A stretch of DNA of 64,000 nucleotides from Dehalococcoidia bacterium (GTDB lineage: Bacteria; Chloroflexota; Dehalococcoidia; Plut-88900), in assembly GCA_965197645.1 (NCBI GenBank), contig OZ240219.1:1632001-1696000 (forward strand), given 5' to 3'. The notes below the pieces were generated by a model that saw nothing but the letters and a program-made list of their open reading frames with translations, was not told where the DNA came from and made no database searches. The translations under genes and the position numbers were made by a program. Positions 20,787-30,429 of the stretch are shown one piece after another (the first letter of the stretch is position 1; each line of letters begins with the position of its first letter).

Positions 20787-22016
20787 CTATCTATCCCCCT
20801 CGGGGTAAGCCTCGTCGGTTGGGGATGCCTCATCCGATGCAGTTTCCTCTGTACCATATCGGGTATCAGAGAAATCCAGAGCAGGCGCCGACGGAGCTTG
20901 TCTTAGACTGAGAGCAAGCCTTCTCCGTTCCGGTTCTATGCGTAGTATCTTTAGGGTGAGGACATCACCCTCGTTCACCACCTCCTCGGGGCTGGCGATC
21001 GGTGCATCGCTCAACTCCGAAATGTGTATCAGGCCCTCTATGGACTCGTCCAGACTGACAAAGGCGCCGAAGGTAGTGAGCTTGGTTACAGTGCCGTTTA
21101 CCAGCTGATCGACATAGTACTTCTGGTGGATCGTCTCCCATGGCTCCGGATGGAGCCGTCTGAAGCTGAGGGCTATCTTCTTCGCTTCCTGGTCCACCTT
21201 CAGCACGAACGTATCTACTTCGTCACCTATACTCAACGTTTTTTCGGGCGATTCGGAACGTCCCCAGGAAAACTCCGAGAGATGTACAAGTCCGTCCACA
21301 CCGCCGATGTCCACGAAGGCGCCGAACTCCCGGATGCCCGTCACCCGGCCTTTGCGGACCTCTCCTTCCTTGATCTCCTGGAAGATCTGGTCTCGCAGAT
21401 GCTCCCGTTCCTCCCGCAAGACCTGCTTCTCCGACAGGATCAGCCTGTTGCGTCGCCGGTTGATTTCGATAACCTTGAGCCTCAACTCTTTGCCTACGAC
21501 TGCAGCTAGCGGGCTGGAGGCCGGGTCTTCGGGGTTGGGGTTGAAGGGCAGATTTACAAGCTGGGACATGGGAACGAAGCCGCGAACGCCCTCGATGTTC
21601 ACCAGCAGCCCGCCCTTGTTGAAGTCTACTGCCTTGCCCTCCACTATCTCCCCGTTATCGAAGTACTGTTGGAGGGTGTGCCAGCCCTTCTCGCCCTGGG
21701 CCCGGTCGATGGAGAGGAGTATGCCGTCTTCTCTCTCGTCCGTCTGCACCACGTAGGCGAGAACGTCGTCCCCGGTCGTAATGTTTTCCAGCTCCTGGGG
21801 GTCCAGGGTGCGCATCTCCCGGGAGGGTATAATCCCCTCCGTCTTGGCGCCCACGTCCACCAGCAGCCCGTCTCGATCCTTCCTAACTACAACTCCGCTT
21901 ACCAGATCGCCGCGCCGGAGGACCTTCGCCCCTTCCGCCTCGTCCAGGAGTTGCTGCATCGAAGGGACGGCCTGGGAGGGTTCGGTCTGCGTTTCCTGTT
22001 GCTCTGATCCGTTCAT
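20787..22016 (-). CDS. rpsA: 30S ribosomal protein S1 (short, about 4 S1 domains)
   Basis: Repeated S1 motifs (FGAFVDIGGVDGLVHLSE, FGAFVSL..IEGLIHISE). Confidence 0.9.
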   Translation of the reverse strand: MNGSEQQETQTEPSQAVPSMQQLLDEAEGAKVLRRGDLVSGVVVRKDRDGLLVDVGAKTEGIIPSREMRTLDPQELENITTGDDVLAYVVQTDEREDGILLSIDRAQGEKGWHTLQQYFDNGEIVEGKAVDFNKGGLLVNIEGVRGFVPMSQLVNLPFNPNPEDPASSPLAAVVGKELRLKVIEINRRRNRLILSEKQVLREEREHLRDQIFQEIKEGEVRKGRVTGIREFGAFVDIGGVDGLVHLSEFSWGRSESPEKTLSIGDEVDTFVLKVDQEAKKIALSFRRLHPEPWETIHQKYYVDQLVNGTVTKLTTFGAFVSLDESIEGLIHISELSDAPIASPEEVVNEGDVLTLKILRIEPERRRLALSLRQAPSAPALDFSDTRYGTEETASDEASPTDEAYPEGDR

Positions 22017-22326
22017 CAGCTTGTAGCCTATTATAGTAAAGGGGTGGATGCAGTGTAAAGGCGAAAGTTGTTGCTTGTACGCTACCGGCGTGAAAGTAAT
22101 TGTCTATAAGTATACGTCAACGGGATACGCCATTCTATTCGACTGGCGAAGGAAAGCGCAACACCCGCGCCGCCCGGCATTCATGAGATTTCTCGGCACG
22201 GCCGGCCCGATTTACCGGCTTGTCAGGGACAAGGCCCCTTACCCTTGTACAATGGACCGTGTCGTATTGTTTTTGCTGCAGCAAAGCGTCGTGTGCTATA
22301 ATCTCCAGAAATACTAGAGGAAGTAG

Positions 22327-22581
22327 TTGGACAAGCAGGAAACCGTCGAGGAATTCAGACTCCACGATTCTGACACAGGATCTACAGAGGTACAGGTAGC
22401 TCTCCTCACCCGGAGGGTCTCCGAACTATCGGACCATATGCGTGCTCATAGGCACGATTATCACAGCCGGCGGGGGTTGCTGATGATGGTGGGCCAGCGC
22501 AGGCGGCTACTGGAGTACCTCAACAGAACAGATGTCAACCGTTACCGTTCCCTGATAAGCCGGTTAGGCCTCAGGCGATAG
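22327..22581 (+). CDS. rpsO: 30S ribosomal protein S15
   Basis: [40 protein letters not shown]; TTG start. Confidence 0.97.
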   Translation: MDKQETVEEFRLHDSDTGSTEVQVALLTRRVSELSDHMRAHRHDYHSRRGLLMMVGQRRRLLEYLNRTDVNRYRSLISRLGLRR

Positions 22582-22617
22582 GTTTTTTCCTCACCCTGCC
22601 CACGATTTATAGCAAGT

Positions 22618-24864
22618 TTGATAAACACCAAGACCTTTCATCGCACCGTAGGCGGCAAACCCCTCACTCTTGAGACCGGCAGGTTAGCTGCACAAGCCCA
22701 AGGCTCCGTGATGGTAACCTACGGGGAAACCGTAGTCCTAGTCACCGCCTGTATATCGCCCCAACCGAGACCGGGCATAGACTTCTTCCCCCTAACGGTT
22801 GACTTCGAAGAGCGGTTCTACGCCGCGGGCAAGATCCCCGGCGGATTCTTCAAACGGGAGGGTAGACCCAGCCAGGATGCCATCCTGACCTGCCGCCTTG
22901 TGGACCGTCCTCTGCGCCCCCTGTTCCCCAAGGGCATGCGCAACGATGTACAGATAGTCATTACAGTCCTATCCACTGATCGGGAGAACGAACCGGATAT
23001 CCCCGCCATTCTCGGCGCCTCCGCTGCATTGGGCGTATCTGAAATCCCCTTCAACGGCCCCATAGCCGGCACCAGGGTCGGATACATCGATGGAGAGCTG
23101 GTAGTAAATCCGACATACTCCGATCTGTTGCGTAGCAGCCTCGATCTAGTGGTTGTCGGAACCCGCGACGCCGTGGTCATGATAGAAGCGGGCGCTGATG
23201 AACTTTCGGAAGACCTGGTCCTGGAGGCCGTCAAGTTCGGCCAGGAAGCCAACCAGGAGCTGCTCGACCTCCAGGAAGAGTTGGTTAGAGAGTGTGGAAA
23301 CCCGAAGCGGAAGATCGCAGCCCCACCGGCCGCCGATGAAAACCTCATCGCCATGGTGAAGGACCGCCTGGGCGCCAAGATAGATGAGGTGCTGCAAGAG
23401 GTCAGAAGGAACGATCGGGAAACGGCCATCGCCCAGCTTGAGCAGGAAGCCGCCGAAATCCTTGGCGAAGACCATTCCCCGGACCTGGTCTCCGCCGCTG
23501 TGCAGTCCCAGGTGAAGAAAGCCATTCGCTCCAACATCCTGGACAATGGTGTCCGACCCGATGGCCGAAACCTGACCCAGATAAGGGATATCTCGTGCGA
23601 TGTTGGCCTGTTGCCCCGGACCCACGGCTCGGGGATGTTCACCAGGGGACAGACCCAGGTGTTGAGTATTACCACCCTGGGTTCCATCGGCGAGATGCAG
23701 AAGATAGATACCATCAGCCAGGAAGACCGCAAGCGGTTTATGCATCACTACAACTTCCCACCCTACAGCGTGGGGGAGGCGAGGCGGATGGGCTCTCCCG
23801 GGCGCCGGGAGATAGGGCACGGCGCCCTAGCAGAAAGGGCTATTGAGCCGATTATCCCCGATGAAGACGAGTTCCCCTACACCATAAGAATCGTGTCCGA
23901 GGCGCTTAGCTCCAACGGCAGCACCTCCATGGCCAGCGTTTGCGGAAGCAGCCTGTCTCTCATGGACGGGGGCGTTCCCATCAAGTCCCCGGTCGCCGGC
24001 ATCGCCATGGGGCTGGTAACCGACGACGACGGTCGATATGCCGTGCTCACCGATATTGCCGGCCTGGAAGATTTCATGGGCGACATGGACTTCAAGGTGG
24101 CGGGCACCGAGACGGGGATGACCGCCTGGCAACTCGATCTCAAGCTTACCGGCCTGAGCATGGACATCATCGAAAAGGCGATGCACCAGGCGATCGATGG
24201 TCGCAAAGAGATATTGAGCATCATGAACCGGACCATGAGCACCCCCCGCTCCGAGATGAGCCGGTACGCTCCGCGCATGACGAAGATCACCATAGACAAA
24301 GAGAAGATCGGAACGGTCATCGGTCCGGGCGGCAAGACCATCAGGGCCATCCAGGACGAGACCGGCACCTCCCTCGACATCGGGGACGATGGCACCATCA
24401 CCATTGGCTCCAGCGATCCCGAAGCAGCGGACAAGGCCGTAGCTATGGTCAAGAGTCTCACCGCCGAAGTGGAGGTGGGCACCGTATATACCGGCAAGGT
24501 GACCCGGCTCATGAACTTTGGCGCATTCGTCGAGATTCTGCCCGGCAAGGAAGGCCTGGTGCACATCAGTGAGTTGGCCGACCACCGGGTGGGCTCCGTT
24601 GAGGACGTGGTGAACGTGAACGACGAAATCACCGTCGTCGTTACCGAGATAGACCGGATGGGTCGCATCAATCTGTCGAAGCGGGCCGTGCAGGACAGAC
24701 TCTCCCAGGTTGGTGACGGAAGTGGCGGAGACGGGGCCGGTCAGCCCCGGCCAAGGGAACCTAGGAGAGACCGGCCTCCCCCCCGTAGACAAGGCGGACC
24801 TCCCAACCGAGGACAGTCCCGTCCCAACAGAGGTGATCAAGGCCAGCGGGATAGAAGACGGTAG
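22618..24864 (+). CDS. pnp: Polyribonucleotide nucleotidyltransferase (PNPase)
   Basis: DFFPLTVD, RREIGHG, SNGSTSMASVC, DMDFKVAG, KH and S1 domains. Confidence 0.98.
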   Translation: MINTKTFHRTVGGKPLTLETGRLAAQAQGSVMVTYGETVVLVTACISPQPRPGIDFFPLTVDFEERFYAAGKIPGGFFKREGRPSQDAILTCRLVDRPLRPLFPKGMRNDVQIVITVLSTDRENEPDIPAILGASAALGVSEIPFNGPIAGTRVGYIDGELVVNPTYSDLLRSSLDLVVVGTRDAVVMIEAGADELSEDLVLEAVKFGQEANQELLDLQEELVRECGNPKRKIAAPPAADENLIAMVKDRLGAKIDEVLQEVRRNDRETAIAQLEQEAAEILGEDHSPDLVSAAVQSQVKKAIRSNILDNGVRPDGRNLTQIRDISCDVGLLPRTHGSGMFTRGQTQVLSITTLGSIGEMQKIDTISQEDRKRFMHHYNFPPYSVGEARRMGSPGRREIGHGALAERAIEPIIPDEDEFPYTIRIVSEALSSNGSTSMASVCGSSLSLMDGGVPIKSPVAGIAMGLVTDDDGRYAVLTDIAGLEDFMGDMDFKVAGTETGMTAWQLDLKLTGLSMDIIEKAMHQAIDGRKEILSIMNRTMSTPRSEMSRYAPRMTKITIDKEKIGTVIGPGGKTIRAIQDETGTSLDIGDDGTITIGSSDPEAADKAVAMVKSLTAEVEVGTVYTGKVTRLMNFGAFVEILPGKEGLVHISELADHRVGSVEDVVNVNDEITVVVTEIDRMGRINLSKRAVQDRLSQVGDGSGGDGAGQPRPREPRRDRPPPRRQGGPPNRGQSRPNRGDQGQRDRRR

Positions 24865-24894
24865 GGACGCGGAAGGTCTTGTTGCAGGTGCTCG

Positions 24895-25698
24895 ATGACC
24901 CCTCTAAGCGTGGCCGTTCACGGAGCAACTGGACGCGTGGGACAGGAGATACTCAATGCCCTGCAAAACGACCCGGATATGGAGCCGGTCGGCGGAGTCT
25001 CCCTGGATGCCGGTGGCTCACCCCTCGTCCTTGCCGATAACGCGAAGAGTATTCCCCACACCCTGGACCTAGCCTCTCTCCTGGAGCAGTGCTCCCCCTC
25101 GGTAATCGTCGACTTTAGCCACATCGATGTATCCGTTCCCATGGCCCGTGAAGCCATCGGCAACGGAATCCACGTGGTCATCGGCACCTCGGGCTACACC
25201 CCGGAAGCCATCGCAGAGATCGATGAGGTAAGCCGGGAGAACAAGGTGGGGGCGGTCATCGCCTCAAATTTTGCCCTCGGCGCCGTCCTTATGATGCACA
25301 TGGCCAAGATGGCCGGTAAGTTCTTCGACTATGCCGAGATCATCGAGCTCCACCATCAGACCAAGGCGGATGCACCATCGGGCACGGCATTGTCCACCGC
25401 GCGGGACATGGTCAGGGCCAAGGGCAAGGCCTTCACCTCGGCTGCCACCCAAAAAGAGACTTTGCCCGGCACCAGGGGCGGATACATAGACGGCGTGGCT
25501 ATACACAGTGTAAGGACCCAGGGGATGGTGGCCCATCAGGAAGTGATTCTCGGTGGACTGGGCCAGACACTGACCATCCGCCACGATACCCACGGCCGGG
25601 AGTGTTACATCCCGGGAGTCCTCATGGCCATAAGACAGGTACCCAACAGGGTGGGCGTGGTCTACGGTCTGGACAAGCTGTTGGGTCTGGAGGAGTAG
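24895..25698 (+). CDS. dapB: 4-hydroxy-tetrahydrodipicolinate reductase
   Basis: GATGRVG, IIELHHQTKADAPSGTA, HQEV. Confidence 0.96.
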   Translation: MTPLSVAVHGATGRVGQEILNALQNDPDMEPVGGVSLDAGGSPLVLADNAKSIPHTLDLASLLEQCSPSVIVDFSHIDVSVPMAREAIGNGIHVVIGTSGYTPEAIAEIDEVSRENKVGAVIASNFALGAVLMMHMAKMAGKFFDYAEIIELHHQTKADAPSGTALSTARDMVRAKGKAFTSAATQKETLPGTRGGYIDGVAIHSVRTQGMVAHQEVILGGLGQTLTIRHDTHGRECYIPGVLMAIRQVPNRVGVVYGLDKLLGLEE

Positions 25699-25700
25699 AA

Positions 25701-26714
25701 ATGACACAACCCAACGTTGCGATTGTCGGCGCCACGGGTCTCGTGGGCCGGCAGTTCATCAAAGTTCTCGACGAGAGGAAGTTCCCGATGGCTTCGATTC
25801 GCCTGCTGGCGTCGGCGAGGTCTGCGGGGAAACGGCTGCAGGTCAACGGCGACCAGGTGGAGGTGGAGGAGCTCACCGAGAAATCGTTCAAGGGGGTGGA
25901 CATAGCCCTGTTCTCGGCCGGCGGCGGCATTAGCAAAGAGTTCTCCCCAGTGGCTGCCGGGAATGAGACGGTGGTGGTTGATAACAGCAGCGCCTGGAGA
26001 ATGGACCCCTCCGTTCCGCTGGTGGTGCCCGAGGTCAACCCCGAGGACGTGTGGAAACACGATGGGATCATCGCCAACCCCAATTGCTCGACCATCCAGC
26101 TGGTAGTGGCCCTCCAACCGATACATCAGGCGAACCCGATAAAGCGCGTCATAGTGGATACCTATCAATCAGTGTCGGGCGCGGGCGGCGTCGGAGTTGA
26201 GGAGCTGGAGCGACAGACCAACGCCCTGGCGCAAGGCAGACCGGCTGAAGCCAAGGCTTTTCCTCATCAGATAGCGTTCAACGTGCTGCCGGAGAACGGC
26301 CCGTTGCTGGACAACGGGTACTTCGGTGAGGAGTGGAAGCTGATACAAGAGACCCGCAAGATTCTGCACGCTCCGGAGCTGGCCGTTTCCGCCACGGCCG
26401 TCAGGGTGCCGGTGTACGTCGGCCACAGCGAGGCGGTGCACGTAGAGCTCACGGACCCGATGACTGCCGATGGGTTGAGGGAGATCCTGGACGCAGCCCC
26501 CGGTGTAAAGGTCGTCGACGATCCGGCAAATCACGCCTACCCCCTGGCGGTGGACGTGGCTGGCTCCGATGACGTTCTCGTCGGTCGGATACGCAAGGAC
26601 GTTTCCCATCCCAACGGCATGGTTATGTGGGTGGTCGGCGATAACGTTCGGAAGGGCGCCGCGACCAACGCGGTACAGATCGCCGAGATTCTCGTCAACG
26701 GCCGTCAGAACTAG
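25701..26714 (+). CDS. asd: Aspartate-semialdehyde dehydrogenase
   Basis: GATGLVG, DNSSAWRM, ANPNCSTIQ, DNVRKGAATNAVQIAE; ATG at 25701. Confidence 0.97.
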   Translation: MTQPNVAIVGATGLVGRQFIKVLDERKFPMASIRLLASARSAGKRLQVNGDQVEVEELTEKSFKGVDIALFSAGGGISKEFSPVAAGNETVVVDNSSAWRMDPSVPLVVPEVNPEDVWKHDGIIANPNCSTIQLVVALQPIHQANPIKRVIVDTYQSVSGAGGVGVEELERQTNALAQGRPAEAKAFPHQIAFNVLPENGPLLDNGYFGEEWKLIQETRKILHAPELAVSATAVRVPVYVGHSEAVHVELTDPMTADGLREILDAAPGVKVVDDPANHAYPLAVDVAGSDDVLVGRIRKDVSHPNGMVMWVVGDNVRKGAATNAVQIAEILVNGRQN

Positions 26715-26785
26715 TTCGCGGTCGACGACCGGCCGGCGTTGATTTCTCGTGATAGACTGGGGCTACTCTACCGGGAGGTGGCAAA

Positions 26786-27688
26786 ATGGCTGAGCTAGGA
26801 CGCCTGTTGACTGCAATGGTTACCCCCTTCGATGCCAAGGGGCAGGTGGACTACGAACAGGCTAAGCGCTTGGCCACCGCCTTGATCGATTCGGGCAGCG
26901 ATGGAGTGGTGGTATCCGGCACGACCGGTGAGTCCCCAACCCTGACAACGGAAGAAAAACTGCGCCTGTGGTCCGAGATAAAAGCTCACCTGGGAGACCG
27001 AGGGTCCGTCGTGGCCGGCACGGGAAACTACAGCACCGCCGAATCGATAGAGCTCACCAGTGAGGCCGAGAAGATAGGTGTGGACGCCGCGATGCAGGTG
27101 GTGCCCTACTACAACAAGCCCCCTCAGGCGGGCCTGTACCAGCATTTCGGGGCCATCGCTGAGAGCACTTCGTTGCCCTGTATCATCTACAACGTGCCCA
27201 GCCGGACGGTAGCCAACCTCTCCGCCGATACGGTGGTCAGGCTGAGCGAGATCGATAACATAGCCGGCATCAAAGAGGCGAGTGCCGACTTCGATCAGAT
27301 AACCAAGATAATCTCCGGTACCCGGGATGGGTTCAAGGTGTGGAGCGGCAACGACGGAGATACGCTGCCCATCCTCGCCCTGGGAGGGTACGGGATCGTT
27401 AGCGTGGCGTCTCACCTCGTCGGGCTCCAGATCAAGGAGATGATCGATAGCTTCCTATGTGGAAACACCGAAGAAGCCGCACGTATTCACGCCCGTTTGT
27501 TGCCCCTGGTCAACAGCCTGTTCATCGTCGCCAATCCGGTCCCGGTGAAATATGCCTTGAACGCCGTGGGATTCAACGTAGGAGGCACCCGATTGCCTTT
27601 GGTGAACCCCGACGAAAAGACCGCCGAATCGATATCGGAGGCCCTGGGCAGGCATCGGATCGATCTGCCGGTGCCCGTCAGCTCATAG
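26786..27688 (+). CDS. dapA: 4-hydroxy-tetrahydrodipicolinate synthase
   Basis: GTTGES, PYYNKP, YNVPSRT, GIKEAS; clustered with dapB/asd. Confidence 0.96.
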   Translation: MAELGRLLTAMVTPFDAKGQVDYEQAKRLATALIDSGSDGVVVSGTTGESPTLTTEEKLRLWSEIKAHLGDRGSVVAGTGNYSTAESIELTSEAEKIGVDAAMQVVPYYNKPPQAGLYQHFGAIAESTSLPCIIYNVPSRTVANLSADTVVRLSEIDNIAGIKEASADFDQITKIISGTRDGFKVWSGNDGDTLPILALGGYGIVSVASHLVGLQIKEMIDSFLCGNTEEAARIHARLLPLVNSLFIVANPVPVKYALNAVGFNVGGTRLPLVNPDEKTAESISEALGRHRIDLPVPVSS

Positions 27689-27711
27689 AACGCCCATACA
27701 CCGGACGCGAT

Positions 27712-27747
27712 AAGGCCGCCCTGATCTGTTTGGGGCGGCCTTTTTTT
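27712..27747 (+). terminator. Rho-independent terminator after dapA
   Basis: AAGGCCGCCC...GGGCGGCC followed by T7. Confidence 0.88.
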
Positions 27748-27755
27748 GCCTCGAT

Positions 27756-29048
27756 CTACGGAAGGGGTCGGAGAAAGATAGACTCCTCCCGGTGCGGTCC
27801 TACCGATACAAGGTCAACGGGGCAGCCGATAAGCTCTTCCAATCGTTTGACATAGCCCCTCGCTTCGGCGGGCAGGTCCTCGAATTTGCGAGCATCCCGG
27901 GTCGAGCCCTTCCAGCCCGGAAGCTCTTCGTACACCGGCTCGCAGCCGGAGAAATCGGATGCGCTGCTTGGCGGATGGGCCAAGACGGACCCGTTCAGCT
28001 TGTATCCGGTACAGACTTTGAGTGTATCGAACCCGTCCAACACGTCCAGCCGGGTCAGGGCAACCGATGTAAACCCGTTGATCAAGTTGCTGTACCTGGC
28101 GATCACGGCATCGAACCAGCCGCACCTTCTGGGTCTGCCTGTGCTGGCCCCGTACTCATCGGCCCTCTCTCTGATTTCATTGCCGATCTCATCGGTCAGC
28201 TCCGTCGGCATCGGGCCGGCCCCCACCCTGGTGGTGTAGGCTTTGTAGACCCCGATGATGGAGTCGATCTTGGTGGCACTGATACCGGCGCCCAGGGCTG
28301 CCCCGGCGCCCACTGGCGCGGACGAAGTTACGTAGGGGTAGGTCCCGAAATCGGTATCTAGGAGTGTGCCTTGCGCCCCCTCCATGATCACCAGTTCGTT
28401 CTTCTCGATGGCTTCGTGGACAACAACCTCGGTCTGCCGCAGGTAGGGCGCCAGCAACTCTCCATACCTACAGTACTCGTCGAACATCTCTTGCTTGGAC
28501 AGCGGATCCGCTCCGTATAGATTGGTGATGATCTTGTTCTTGTGGTCCACAATCAGGTCCAAGCGTTCCCGGAAAGCCCCGGTGTCCCGCAGGTCGCCGG
28601 CCCTGATTCCCATGCGGCCGGTCTTGTCCACGTAGGCGGGCCCTATGCCCCTCTTCGTTGTGCCCAGAGCCTTCGATCCCCGAGCTTCTTCCTCAAGTTC
28701 GTCGAGGAGGATGTGATAGGGCATGATCAGGTGGGCGCGATCGCTTATGCACAGCCGCTCCCCGGGCGTGACCTCCACGGTCTCCTTCTCCAGGGCGCGT
28801 ATCTCCTCCAGTAGGGCGGCGGGATTGATCACCACACCGTTGCCCAGAACGCAAACGGCATTGGAGTTGAAGATGCCTGCAGGCACCAGGTGGAGTACGA
28901 ACTCCCCATGGGAGTTGCGCACGGTGTGACCGGCGTTGTTCCCGCCGCTGGAGCGCACCACCATATCAGCGTCTTTGGAGAGCAGGTCGACTATCTTTCC
29001 CTTGCCCTCATCGCCCCACTGGGCCCCTACTATGGCTGCAACAGGCAC
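27756..29048 (-). CDS. purA: Adenylosuccinate synthetase
   Basis: QWGDEGKGK, GGNNAGHT, EGAQG, TGRPRRCGWFD. Confidence 0.98.
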   Translation of the reverse strand: MPVAAIVGAQWGDEGKGKIVDLLSKDADMVVRSSGGNNAGHTVRNSHGEFVLHLVPAGIFNSNAVCVLGNGVVINPAALLEEIRALEKETVEVTPGERLCISDRAHLIMPYHILLDELEEEARGSKALGTTKRGIGPAYVDKTGRMGIRAGDLRDTGAFRERLDLIVDHKNKIITNLYGADPLSKQEMFDEYCRYGELLAPYLRQTEVVVHEAIEKNELVIMEGAQGTLLDTDFGTYPYVTSSAPVGAGAALGAGISATKIDSIIGVYKAYTTRVGAGPMPTELTDEIGNEIRERADEYGASTGRPRRCGWFDAVIARYSNLINGFTSVALTRLDVLDGFDTLKVCTGYKLNGSVLAHPPSSASDFSGCEPVYEELPGWKGSTRDARKFEDLPAEARGYVKRLEELIGCPVDLVSVGPHREESIFLRPLP

Positions 29049-29207
29049 AAACGTATCCCTCTCTGGTTGGTGGACAAAAACCGTCGGGCAGTATATCAGA
29101 ACAGCTTCGGTCTTGAAAGGTTTTGAAGCCGTTCCGCCGGAGGCCGCGGACTCACGATGCGCGGTTCGGGTTCCCAGCCCAGGACAGGCTCGTCACTCGA
29201 ATTGGAC

Positions 29208-30332
29208 TTACATGAAGCCGTACAGCTTGCCGGCGTTTTCGCAGATGATCTTCTGCTTCGCCTCCGGGTTCTTCATGTTCTTGAAGTTCTCGGCGATGAC
29301 GTTCTGCGAATCGGGCCAAACGCCGTCAGGGTGAGGGTAGTCGGAGCCCCAGATAACGTTCTCCTCGCCGATCAGGTGGACCAGCTCGCCGGCCACGGCC
29401 TCCTTCTGGAAGGTGGAGTAGCCCTGCCGGTGCCAGTAATCGCTCGGCTTCATTGTCAGGCCGGGCTGCCCTTCCCCTTCGTGATCCATCCTGTCGATGA
29501 CGTAGGGAAGCCAGCTGACGCCGCACTCTCCCAGTACGAAATTGAAGTTGGGGAACCGCTCGCAGGCGCCGGAGAAGATAACGCTGGAAACGGACTCTAC
29601 CCCGGAGAGCTGGAACATAGTGGTGCTTATGGCTGCGAACTCTCGTTCGTACTGCGCCGTCTCTGGCTCGTCGACCCGGCGGGTGGGCAACCCGGCCGTG
29701 TGAAACGAAACGGAAATACCCGTCTCCGCAGAGGCCTCCCACAGGACGTCCCAGTCCCGGTGATAGATCGGCTTGTGGGCCAGGGCCGCTCCGAACTCGA
29801 CGCCCTTCAATCCCAGGCTGGCCGCCCGTCTTACCTCGTCGGCGGCAACCTGTGGATCGTGGTTGGGGATGCACGCCATGCCGGCGAACCGATCAGGATG
29901 CGTGTTGCAGAATCCGGCGATCCAGTCATTGTAGACTTTGAAGATCTCGGTGACCTGATCCTGGTCTTTGAGCTGGCTGGACACGAAAAAGAGGCCGTAG
30001 ATGACCTCGGCGTCTATGCCGTCCAGCTCCTGGTCCTTCAGCCGAAGCTCCGGAGTCGTGGGATGATAGCCGCCGCCGGAGGTATCGAAGAGGTCTGCGG
30101 ACTTCATCGTCTCCGTTCGGTCGATCATCTCCTGGCTGAAAAACTCCAGGTCACGGTAGCTGCCAGCCGGGCCTAAACTCACATTGCCGGCCTTCCACCT
30201 CTTGCCGTCTTCCCCTTCCTCTACGCGAGGCATTCTGTCCGTCCACGTACTCGGTGCGTTGGACACGAACAGGTCCTCGGGCAGGAAAGTGAGGTCTACG
30301 TGTGTGTCCCCGGAGATAATGTTGTATTTCAT
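29208..30332 (-). CDS. Amidohydrolase_2 family protein
   Basis: ISGDTH, RLKDQELDGIDAEVIY, YNDWIA, WGSDYPHPDG, ENAGKLY. Confidence 0.88.
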   Translation of the reverse strand: MKYNIISGDTHVDLTFLPEDLFVSNAPSTWTDRMPRVEEGEDGKRWKAGNVSLGPAGSYRDLEFFSQEMIDRTETMKSADLFDTSGGGYHPTTPELRLKDQELDGIDAEVIYGLFFVSSQLKDQDQVTEIFKVYNDWIAGFCNTHPDRFAGMACIPNHDPQVAADEVRRAASLGLKGVEFGAALAHKPIYHRDWDVLWEASAETGISVSFHTAGLPTRRVDEPETAQYEREFAAISTTMFQLSGVESVSSVIFSGACERFPNFNFVLGECGVSWLPYVIDRMDHEGEGQPGLTMKPSDYWHRQGYSTFQKEAVAGELVHLIGEENVIWGSDYPHPDGVWPDSQNVIAENFKNMKNPEAKQKIICENAGKLYGFM

Positions 30333-30429
30333 AGCGCCCCCTACCTTTCTTGCTTATACCCGCTATGTGATTATCTACCCTGCGGTCAATAGGGGGCCAG
30401 GGTATACCAGTCCAATGCCGGAGAGACGG

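Noticed and set aside
22272-22285. Palindrome TTTGCTGCAGCAAA upstream of rpsO
   Set aside because: Single short palindrome overlapping a probable -35; no second copy seen, could be chance
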